From an uncultured Planctomycetota bacterium (GTDB lineage Bacteria; Planctomycetota; Planctomycetia; Isosphaerales; Isosphaeraceae): a stretch of DNA of 64,000 bases. The notes beneath the pieces were generated by a model. The model did no database searches and had not been told where the DNA came from. It was given only the letters and a program-made list of their open reading frames with translations. Position numbers and translations under genes: made by a program. The stretch spans positions 992,001 to 1,056,000 of the forward strand of contig CAWJTV010000011.1 in NCBI GenBank assembly GCA_963845755.1. Reading direction: 5' to 3'. Shown here piece after piece: positions 54,555-64,000 of the stretch. Numbering within the stretch: the first letter of the stretch is position 1; every line of letters begins with the position of its first letter.

Positions 54555-55019
54555 ATGCTTCAGCAGGCGAAGATGACGCCCCAAGGTCTTCTCCCTGCTC
54601 ATGAGGATCGGCTTGAAGTTCGCGACGATTCTCCATCTCGGGAACGGCCGATCGCTCCTCAACGGGAAGGCATCGAGCTGGGTATCGGCAGCGGCCATCG
54701 GTTCGTGGACAATCTCGGCGCAGTTGAGGCTCGTCCCAAGCCGCACGGGTTACTCCCATTGCCGGCCGAAGTGGAAGCGATCGTTGCCAAAGAGAAGATA
54801 CGGCTCGCCGGCGAGCATGGCATCATTCCGACGGCCGAGGCGACCCAGCGAATGGTGGACTCCTTGTGCCTTCAGTACTTTTTCGACGGCATTGATGTCG
54901 CGTAACGCCAATCGGCTCGCGGCGTCGAGGTGCTCGCGGTCGGCCTGGAAGAAGTGGGAAGGTTCATCGAGGACGCAACGCCCGATCAGCGGGAAGGCGT
55001 TGTGATCGGGCAGGGATGA
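54555..55019 (+). pseudogene. Planctomycete-type hypothetical protein with in-frame TAA at 54903-54905
   Basis: LQYFFDGIDVA*RQSARGVEVLAVGLEEVGRF continues in frame to TGA 55017-55019. Confidence 0.55.
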
Positions 55020-55021
55020 CC

Positions 55022-55159
55022 ATGTCGCGAGTGGAACAGCCGCTTCTGGCCAAGACGCCCTTGTCCGGAGATGTCCTCCTTCGCGCCGAGTTGCCGATTC
55101 CAATCCTGACGAGTGCCCAGATCAGGGCGCACTGGAGCCGCCTCACGAGCCGCAGGTGA
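55022..55159 (+). pseudogene. Truncated N-terminus of a possible retropepsin-like protein
   Basis: MSRVEQPLLAKTPLSGDVLLRAEL resembles (from recall) planctomycete retropepsin-like N-termini; catalytic D[ST]G absent. Confidence 0.3.
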
Positions 55160-55258
55160 TCAAGTTGAGTAACATGCGGGCCCCTCCGCTCCGCGAACCC
55201 GGCTCGGATCCGGACGCGATCGGCCGGCGGGAACCCGTCGAATCGCGATGGATCCAGT

Positions 55259-57047
55259 CTATTCCAACCCGGCTCGGATTGCCAAGGCAGGGCAAGCCTC
55301 GCGACTGCGCGACAAGTATCCCCGCTGGCCATGCGCGAGTTCGGCCGTCTCGAGGTCCCGGTCCAGGTCCGGTCGATGGGCGATCGCGATCGCCGCCGCG
55401 AGCAGGAATAGGCTGCCAGCGACCAGGGCGGACAGGCCCGTGGCCGTGCCGAGAAACGCGGGTTGGAGCTGTGCGATGCGGCGAAGGGCTTCCCATCCGG
55501 ATGCACCGCCGGAGTAGGCGGGGAGCATCCGTGTCCAGAGCAAGGTCTGCTCGCCGATCAGGCAGGAGCCGACGAGGATCGCGGCCAGCGTTGTGCCCAG
55601 CCGGCGCCAGGGCCAGGCCAACGCGCCGGCGATCGTGAGGGCCAGGAACCAGGGCAGGGCCGCCGCGGCGTACCACGGGCCGGTGGTCGCCCGGCCCCAG
55701 GCCAGCTTGGACTGAACGGCGTGGTAGTCGAGTGCCACGGTCACGCTGAGGCAGAGCAGCAGACACGCGATCGGTGTCCCGATCGAGTCGAACGCCGTAG
55801 CCGGCCCGTCGAGCTGGCGCCCGCGAAGCCGGAACCGCCGGCCCAGGCGACCGCCAAGTCGCCGATCCGCGCGTCCGACCAGCCACCACCCCCAGCCCAG
55901 CAGCCCGGCCAGGGCGGCGTCGAAGTAGGCCGCGCGCACGGTCAACCCCGACCCGACGAAGCTCCAGCCGCCCGCGACGAACGTCTGGCTCAGCCAGAGC
56001 CGTTTCGCCTCCCTGATCCACGAGAAGGTCCCGGCGGTGTGAAACAGGTCGGCCAGGCTCCGCCCCTGGTGCCGGTTGAGCACGGCCTCTTGCATCGGCG
56101 TCGGGACGCCGTAGTCCGCGAGGTTGGACCCGACCTCCGGCCCGACCATGACGCACAGGCCCAGTCCCATCGCCAGCCCGGAGCCCAGCGCACGACCGGC
56201 CGGAACCCGTTCGCGAATCACAGCGATGAGCCAGCAGCCCGCCAGGAAGGGGACCAGGCTCCACTGCGTCGCCTTGATCAGGATCGCCGAACCCGTCAAG
56301 AGCCCAAGTCCGGCGCATTGCCAGGTCCATCGGCGTGGGTCCAGCCCCAGCGCCGGCCACGACGACCGTGGCCAGGAAGATGCCCAGGGCATCGTTGGAG
56401 ACGCGCGTGCCGGTCATCAAGAACACGGGGTGCACCGCGATCGCCAGGCCGACCCACGCCGCAACCCGCCGCGATCGCACCCGACCTGCGACCACCCCCA
56501 GCGCGACCCATACCGCGCCCGCCATGAACAGCAGGTTTATTAGCCTCAGTCCCCCGACCGAGCTCCGCAGGTCGTGCACGCCGCCCATCGACTCGAACCA
56601 CGGGGCTGCCAGGCGGTAATACCACCACGAATGCTGCGCCTGGTAAAGCTTGATGGGATTGGCGCGTCCTGTCCCCTCGAGGCGGGCCGGGGCACTCTCG
56701 CCGGCTGTCGCCTTCGATGGGTGACGGGACCAGTACGCCGCATATCCCACCGCGCCGAGGCGGGGGTCCATCTGCTCCAGGGCGGACCGGGGCTGCGGGA
56801 ACGCCGGCAACATCGCCGACAGCAGGGAGCGCGGGACTTCCGTCTCGCCCAGGGTCGCCCGCCGTCCGGTCTCGCTCACGTGAACCACGTAAGCGACGTG
56901 CTGATACTCGTCCCAGCCCTCGAACGGCGGCATCACGCACAGCTCGACCAGCCCGCGCGCCAGGACCAACCCCGTCAACAGCAGGCGAAGCCACCATTCG
57001 AGCGAGGGGGGCGAGCCACGGTCCGGCGAGTGCTCGGCCGATCCCAT
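55259..57047 (-). CDS. DUF2142/GT-C-like polytopic membrane glycosyltransferase; frameshift near 56350
   Basis: PPFEGWDEYQHVAY, YQAQHSWWYY, VSNDAL, AILIK and many TM helices over two ORFs. Confidence 0.72.
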
Positions 57048-57357
57048 CGCGCGTTCCCCATGGCTTCGGTTCAGTTCGACCCATCGTCTCGCCGCGTGGC
57101 GTCCCATGTCCGTGTCTATCGGCCAGGCCGCGCGTCGCATTCACGTGTGAGCGTATCGGGAGTCGAGGAATGATCAGAAGAATCATCATGATCGGAAACA
57201 TCGGCTTTTCCGGATCTCGTGAAGAGCGTAAAACCGAACCATTCGCGACGGCTTCGCGTTGGATCGGACGAACGAACGGAGTATGATGGAGGCGATCTGT
57301 TCAGGTGAGGCGAGTCTCGGACCACTTGATTGGGGCGGTCGGAAAGGGAGTCGGACC

Positions 57358-57924
57358 ATGATCCATGGGATTTATCACATGACCCCGCGCCAGTTCCGCA
57401 AGGCGATCGATGCCGGGGTGTTCGGGGAGCGTCACGTCGAACTCTTGGGAGGGATACCCTTCATCATGTCGGAGAACCCGCCGCACATTCTGGCTTCGGC
57501 TAATGTCGCTTCAGAGTTGTTTACGCTCGCACCTCGGCCTCAATGGTTTGTCAACAAGGAACACCGCTTGAGGTTGGGTCAGTGGCGACCACTCGCGGAC
57601 ACCATCGTGCTCCGCGGTCCCAAGTCAACCTACGGCACTCGCCTGGCCCGAGCCGCCGAGGTTGCACTGCTGGTTGAAGTCTCCGACACGACCTACGCCA
57701 AGGACAGCGGGCCGAAGCTGCGCCGGTATGCCACCTTCCGTATCCCGGTCTACTGGATCGTCGATTTGAACCGCCGGATCGTCGAGGTCCGCACCGGGCC
57801 GTTCGGCAAGGGGAAGCAGGCCGGTTACGCGCATTGCGACACCTATCGTGAGGGGGACACGATCCCGGTGGAATTGGATGGCCAGGAGGTCGGGCGGGTC
57901 GCGGTGTCCGATCTACTGCCCTGA
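57358..57924 (+). CDS. Uma2/DUF820 family PD-(D/E)xK endonuclease-like protein
   Basis: VELLGG, NPPH, LLVEVSDTT...D..PKLRRYA..IPVYWIVDL. Confidence 0.9.
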   Translation: MIHGIYHMTPRQFRKAIDAGVFGERHVELLGGIPFIMSENPPHILASANVASELFTLAPRPQWFVNKEHRLRLGQWRPLADTIVLRGPKSTYGTRLARAAEVALLVEVSDTTYAKDSGPKLRRYATFRIPVYWIVDLNRRIVEVRTGPFGKGKQAGYAHCDTYREGDTIPVELDGQEVGRVAVSDLLP

Positions 57925-57961
57925 GCGTATATCTCTGAATAACGTCTTCATAATTGCGATC

Positions 57962-60642
57962 TCAATAGCCCAGGCAACAGTTGGGCTCGACCGAACTCAA
58001 TCCGCTGATGCGGCCTTGCAGGGGAAGCCGCTTCGCCTCGGCCGCCTGGTCGTGGACGACCTTGCCGCCGAGGACGACGTGCGTCACGTGCGTGGTGTGT
58101 TCGAACGGGTCGCCGTCGTAGAGGACCAGGTCGGCCACCTTGCCCGGCTCCAGGCTGCCGTATTCCGCGTCGATCTTCAGGATGCGGGCCGCGTCGAGTG
58201 TGATCGCCTTGAGCGCGCGGTCGTAGCCCAGGCCGTTGACCATCGCGATCGCCGCCTCGGATCGCAGGACGCGCGTCTTGGGGACGTAGGACTCGAAGCC
58301 CGAAGTGATGGCGATCGGGATGCCTCGATCGGCCAGCAGGCCGGCATTGTTCAGCGTCGTATTGAAGGTCTCGGGTGATCCCGGGCCGTTGCATGGTCGG
58401 GTGGACCAGCACGGGCACCTTGGCCGCGGCGATCGAGTCGGCGATCAGGTAGGCTTCGGTGGCCAGGCTGAGCCGTCGCCTCGAGGCCGAACTCGTCCTT
58501 CAGGCGCAGGGCGGTGGCCAGGTCGTCGGCGCGGTGGGCGGCGAAGAGCGCGGGGACCTTCCGGTCCAGGAGCAGGCCGAGGGCCTCATGCTTGAGGTTG
58601 CGGTCCGGCGTCGGCGCGTCGGCCTTGGCGGCCTGGCGCTTCTTCCGGTCGTTGGACGCGGCGACCAGGGCATTGCGGATCAAGGCCGCGGTCCCCATGC
58701 GGGTGCCGGGCGCCTTGCCGGGATACGTCGTCTTGGGCACCTCACCCAGTTGGAAGACGACCGCCGAGGGGAACCGTACCGTCATGGCCTCGACCGTCCG
58801 GCCGTGGGTACGGAAGATCCCCGCCTGGCCGCCGATCACGTTGACGGGACCGGGACAGGCCTGGATGACCGTCACACCCTGCCGCATGGCGAATTCCAGC
58901 AGCGGCTCGGCCGGGTTGAAGCTGTCGAGGATCCGCGCATCGGCCTGGTTCGGGTCGCTCCGTTCGTCCTGATCCTGGTCGGCCAGGTCGTTGAGCTGAC
59001 CCGAGACACCAACCACGGTATGAGCATCGATCAACCCCGGCGTGACGACCGTGGCCGAGAGCACGGGAGTCCCCGCGGGCAGCTCGGTGCCCTCGGCGCT
59101 GCCGGCGTGGCGGATCTTCCCATCCTCAATCAGGACGAGCCCGTTCCGGACCGGCGGCCCCTTGACGGTGTAAAGCAATCCGGCCCGGACCGCCAGGCGC
59201 CTGGCGTCGCGCGGGATGTCAGGACCGCCCTGCGCCGCCGGGGGGACCGGGTCGGGCGGCGTGGTCAGCGGCGCCGGCCTGGGCCGGGTGGCAGGATCCG
59301 CCAGCGCGAAGCCGCCGACCGCATAGTTGCCCTGACTCCCCTCGGTGCGATCATAACGTTTTCGACCCTCGATATAGGTTTGCAAGACCTGCGTATAGAC
59401 GCTGAACGGCCGCCCGGAGAGCACGACAAAGTCGGCATCCTTACCGGACTCGATCGAGCCGACGCGGCGCTCCAGGTGCAGCATCGCGGCGGGGTTGAGC
59501 GTCAGGGCCTTCAGCGCCGCGGCTTCCGACAGCCCGCCGCGCACCGCCAGGCCCGCGGTCCGCAGCAAGAATCGCGATTCGGTGACGGAGTCGTCCGTGT
59601 TGATCGCGATCGGGACCCCGGCCTTCTCGAGGATAGCGGCCTCCTGGTAGATCAGGTCAACCACCTCGGGCTTGCCGCCGGGGCTATCCACAATGGTCAT
59701 CGAGACGGGGATCTTCCGCCGCGCCAGCTCGTCGACCACCTTGTACGCCTCAGTACCATGCTGGACCACGACCTCGAAGCCGAACTCCTCGGCCAGGCGG
59801 ACCACCGTCATGATGTCGTCGGCGCGATGGGAATGGAAATGGACGGTCCGCTTGCGATCGAGCACCTCGACGAGCGTCTCGAGCGCCAGGTCGCGATCGG
59901 GCTCCGGCGGCTCCTTGGCCTGGTTCTTCGCGTCCTTGGCCTGGTTCTCGGCCCTGGCCTTGTCCCGGGCCTGAAGGTACGACCGCCATTTGCGGCGATA
60001 GTCGAGGGCCTTGACGAACTGCTCGCGCTGGAGGGCCGCCAGGCGCATCCGGGTGCCGGGGGCCTGCTTCTGGGTACTATAGGCGCGCTTGGGGTTCTCG
60101 CCGTTGGCCATCTTGAGCCCGCCCTCGGGCGTGCCAGGCTGGACCATCATGTTGGTGATCGGCCCGGGCCGGAGTTTGACATAAAGGGTCTGGCCGCCGA
60201 TCACGTTGCCGCTGCCGGGCATGATGTTGGCCGTGGTCACGCCGCCGGTCAGGGCCATCCGGATCCCCGGATCCTCCGGCCAGATGGCGTCGACGGCCCG
60301 GATCCCCGCCTGGACGGGGCCGGTCATCTCATTGCCGTCGCCGTGGGCCTGGACGGACGGCCGGGGAGAAATCCCGATATGCGAATGGGTATCGACCAGC
60401 CCCGGGATCACGAGCTTGCCGTCGAGATGGTGGACGACCGCCCCATCGGGGATCGCGACCTCACCCCGCTTGCCCACCGCGAGGAACTTGCCGTCCTGGA
60501 CCACGAAATCGGCATCGGCGATCTCGCCCTGGGCGACAGTCAGGACCGTCGCGCCGCGATAGACCTGCGCCGGCTCCATGCCGGACGCCGCGCGGCCCAG
60601 GAACGTCAACGGGAGACACAACAGCATGGTGAACGCGCGCAT
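57962..60642 (-). CDS. Secreted two-domain amidohydrolase (imidazolonepropionase-like fold); frameshifts near 58470 and 58320
   Basis: PGLVDTHSH, LKMANGENPK, HFHSHRADD, GSIESGKDADFVV; second domain PGLIDAH, GSLEPGKVADLV. Confidence 0.88.
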
Positions 60643-61367
60643 GAGTCAATCTCAACGGGGTAACGATTGGGATCAGGGGCGGAAGATGGGTGCACTGCCG
60701 GTGTCGGTACAATACAGCGAGTGTGACGGCGCCGCAACGACTACCCCCACCGGAGGATCGCCTTGTCCTCCTCGGCGACGGCTTACCCTCGTATGGCGTC
60801 CGAGCCCGCGCGGGCGATGGCACAACGCCCGGCAAGGACCACGACCGTCCTGATGACGTAACTCCTGCTGATTTCTCGATTTCAGTCGGAAAAACCGGCG
60901 ACACGGACTGACACTCGATGGCAACTATTCGACGGGCCTGCGGCGAGGGTAGCCCATCCTCGACCTGTTGGCGGGTCGTCGGGCAGGGCAATCGGGGTGC
61001 GTGAAGATAGGAGGCGAGCCTGGATAGGATGGGGACGCCGGGCCGAGCGGCCCCAGACCGCTCGCGCGCACGCTACCCCGTTACAATCAGTATGCCTCAA
61101 CTTTGGAATTCGGTTAATGCACCTATCGGGGGATTCGCCCGATTACTCGGCGCAACTCCAGACGCTACAGGAATATAAGAATATTCATAGAAAAAAGTAA
61201 GCTGTGGACTGTTTTCCCCGAACCGGCGGTGTCGGTGGCTCCCGGGATCCGGTGCGGCCGGGCGGAACACCCCGACAATCATGAAGATCTGCGCCTTCCT
61301 CCCGCACGAAGGTATCGGCCCAAGATCGGTCAGCGGGGCGGGCGGCTCGGCTCGGCGACGAAGCGCT

Positions 61368-61427
61368 GTCGGGTGGGTGCAACCCACCAAGAAGTGGCCC
61401 GATCCTGGTGGGTTTCACCCATCCTAC
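61368..61427. repeat. Inverted REP-like doublet
   Basis: GTCGGGTGGGTGCAACCCACC...GGTGGGTTTCACCCATCCTAC. Confidence 0.7.
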
Positions 61428-61433
61428 AAAGAC

Positions 61434-61652
61434 TCAGGAACCGGGTCGAATCTCCCGGCGGAGCCAGGCGCGAGCGTACGCCCAGAGTCGGTCGGCCGAC
61501 CGCGGTGAGATGCCGAGGACATCCGCGGCCTGGGGGATCGACAGCCCCGCGAAGTAGCGGAGCTCGACCAGCCGGACGGCCAGTCCATGAGAGGGTTCGC
61601 GCCGCCCGAGCCAGGCGGTCCAGCCCGAGGTATCGGCGAACCAGCGTGTCAT
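61434..61652 (-). pseudogene. Chimeric ORF: PIN (VapC-like) N-terminus fused to ECF sigma region 4
   Basis: MTRWFADTSGWTAW...SHGLAV then RLVELRYFAGLSIPQAADVLGISPRSADRLWAYARAWL. Confidence 0.72.
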
Positions 61653-61888
61653 CGCGATTCGTCTTGGAATTCTTGAGAAAGGGACTGGCCGAGGTATTCA
61701 TCATGGCGCTGGGCAACATCGGCGATGTCGGAATCGATGGCGCCGGCCCAGCGCATCAACGGATCATTCTCCAGGTCGATGAGCCGGCGCGCCAGCCAAA
61801 CCCCGACCAGGGCCTCGGGCGTCGTCCCTTCCTGAGCGGCCCACTTTTCCAGGCTGTGGTAGACAGGTTCGGGAATGTCGATCGTCAA
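61649..61888 (-). CDS. RHH/CopG-like antitoxin (VapB-like)
   Basis: TIDIPEPVYHSLEKWA..EG.TPE, DPLMRWAG, DVAQRHDEYL; ATGA overlap with the PIN-like start. Confidence 0.72.
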   Translation of the reverse strand: MTIDIPEPVYHSLEKWAAQEGTTPEALVGVWLARRLIDLENDPLMRWAGAIDSDIADVAQRHDEYLGQSLSQEFQDESR

Positions 61889-61940
61889 CGAATGCGCCAG
61901 GAAAGGCGGCCTCGCGTTTCAAAGGGTTTCTCACCCCATT

Positions 61941-64000
61941 CTACGGTCTGGCTCGAGGGTTTGTCTCCATCGCCTTCCGCCAGGCGGCGGCCTGGTCTTT
62001 CTTGCCCCAGGCGTCGTAGAAGGCGACGAGCCGCGCGCCGGCCTGCGCCGGGCGCTTCTTCCTCCAGAGGAACGGAATCCGCTCCTCGCACCGACTCAGG
62101 CCCTCGTAGCCCCCGATCAACAGCGGCTCGGCCTCGGTGTATCTCTGCTGTCCGACCAAGGCCTCGCCTAGAACGCTCTGGGCATCGAACCGGGTCCAAT
62201 GGTCGGGATGGCGGTCCAGCCGGATCGCCAGGGCGCGGCGGCCCTCGGTCTCGGCCTCGGCAGGCTTGTGCTGCATGAGATGGAGGCGGGCCAGGGCGGT
62301 GGCCGTCTCGGCGACGAGATTACCCTCGTCTCCCAGGTTGGCGCAGGCCTTCTGAGCTTCGATGAGTGGCAGTTCGGCCTTCTCGGGCCGGCCCTCATCC
62401 AGATAGAGCTCGGCTAGCGGAATCAGTGCAAGCAGGCTGCTGTGCTCCCCCGTCGAGTGGCGCCAGCCCTCGAGCGCTTGAATGAACAGCGTTTCGGCCT
62501 CCGCCGGTCGGCCTTGTGTTTGGTAGGTCTTGGCAAGGACTTCCATCGCGAAGGCCACTTCATGGTGATCCGCTTTCAAAATACGCCGAAACTCCTCCAG
62601 TGCTTTGGTTAAGAGTGCTTCCGCTTCCGCGGCTCTCCCCGTTCTTTCGAGCAAGGACGCCCGAATGACAATCCACCTCAATGTGTCAAAATGTCCCGCC
62701 CCCCGCATTCGGCGTGTCCCCTCCAACGCTTGAGCGGATAATTCCTCGGCGCGGGCGTACGCGCCCTGCTCCTGATAGAGCCATGCCAGATTGGCCATCA
62801 TGGTGAACCTGAGGGTGTCTTCCTCGCTCAAGATGCGGCGAGCGATCTCCATCGCCCTCGTCAGAAGCGCCTCGCTCTCTGCGAACTTGCCCTCCCAGGT
62901 GTCGAGCAGGGCGAGGTCATTCATCGTCACGATGGTGGTGCGGTGTTCCTCACCGAGCGACGTTGCGACACAACTTCAGAGCTGTGGTGTAGCGTTGATC
63001 GGCCTGCGAGAACTTGCCCTGGACCAAGAGCAGATTTCCCAGCCGGTAGATGGCTCGAATCGTGTCAGGGTGCCCCTCGCCCACGACACGACGGAGTCCC
63101 TCGAACGCCTCGATGTCGAGAGACTCGGCCTTCGCGTACTTCCCCTGATCCGCGTAGAGCCGTGCCAGGCTGCCGATGATATTGAGCGTTTCTCGGTACT
63201 GGTCCCCCAATTCGCGTCGGGCCAGTGCGACGGACCGCTCCAGTTGCTCTTCCGCCAAGGGGTAGAGTGCCAGGGCGAAATAGGTGTCGCCGATTGTCCG
63301 TCGTAACGCCGCCTCGACTGCAGGCTGGCCGGCGAACTTGCCGCCGATGGCTGTTGCGGCGCGATCCAGCAGGGTGCGCACCTTGATATCGGGATCGGGC
63401 TTCTGATCAGGACCTCCCTGCTTGTTCACGTCGGCCTGGCCCAGCAGGTCTTGCTGGAGGAAGTCGTTGACCGCCCGGGCGATCTCGCCCTCGGTCGTCG
63501 CTCGCTCGGCTTCCGCCTTCGCCACCTGCTCGGCCGCCACGGCGCGGTTCCGTTCCCGAGTCGAGGCCCGCTCGGCTTGCGCGGCACGGATCGCGAGATA
63601 AATGCTGACCACGGTAGCCACGACGAGCAGAAGCGCGAATGCGCCCGCTGTCGCCAACGACGCCCGGTGCTTGCGCGCGAACTTCTCGACCTTGTACCAG
63701 GCCGAGGGCGGACCGGCCTCGACCGCGTCGCCGACCAGGTAGCGCTGGATGTCCCGTGCCAGGCCGTTGGCCGTCTCGTACCGCCGCGTGCGCTCTTTCT
63801 CCAGGGCCTTCATCACGATCCAGTCGAGCTCGCCCCGGACCAGCCGCGTCAGCCGGGCGGGCTCGATGCGGCGGGTGGCTGCGATTGAGGCCAGCCGGTC
63901 TCCCGAGTGGCTCAGGCGCGTCGAGGGCCTGGGCGGCTCTTCTTCCTTGATCCGTCGCAGGATCTCGGCATAGCCGGCCTCGCGCACCTTGGCTCGCTCC
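61941..64000 (-). CDS. Ser/Thr kinase C-terminal part with TM helix and TPR repeats (5' truncated by window); frameshift near 62960
   Basis: GELDWIVMKALEKERTRRYETANGLARD, TM helix, HPDT-type TPRs, AEPLLIGGYEGL. Confidence 0.9.

Noticed and set aside
60849..60910. CTGATGA...GAAA hammerhead-like core
   Set aside because: Stem II and flanking stems do not pair convincingly.

Overview
GC-rich bacterial window with the hallmarks of a planctomycete (Isosphaeraceae/Gemmataceae-like; inferred from gene content): membrane-extended ECF sigma factors, three Ser/Thr kinase-TPR genes, a LEPR-XLL-type export motif, DUF1080, and Tat-exported enzymes. About 42 coding regions are present and many are split by single-base frameshifts, most likely long-read consensus errors. 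I saw no rRNA, tRNA or CRISPR array. Main signals not explained by ordinary annotation: (1) a candidate local ECF regulon at about 8.8-16.4 kb, where a four-copy promoter-like motif ATCC-N14-GGTGTA with invariant spacing precedes four genes around a sigma factor fused through one TM helix to an RskA-like sensor domain; (2) three unrelated families of roughly 195-bp MITEs, each carrying REP-type palindromes, one copy hit by an IS4-family element with an 11-bp target duplication in the REP hairpin; (3) a pair of 38-bp IS66-like inverted ends bracketing 4398-16972; (4) a BlaI/M56 pair with a double operator and a sensor tail built of an Asp tract and 21-aa helical repeats; (5) candidate defence/TA modules and a PIN-ECF chimeric remnant. 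All family assignments come from motif recognition by eye, not from database searches.
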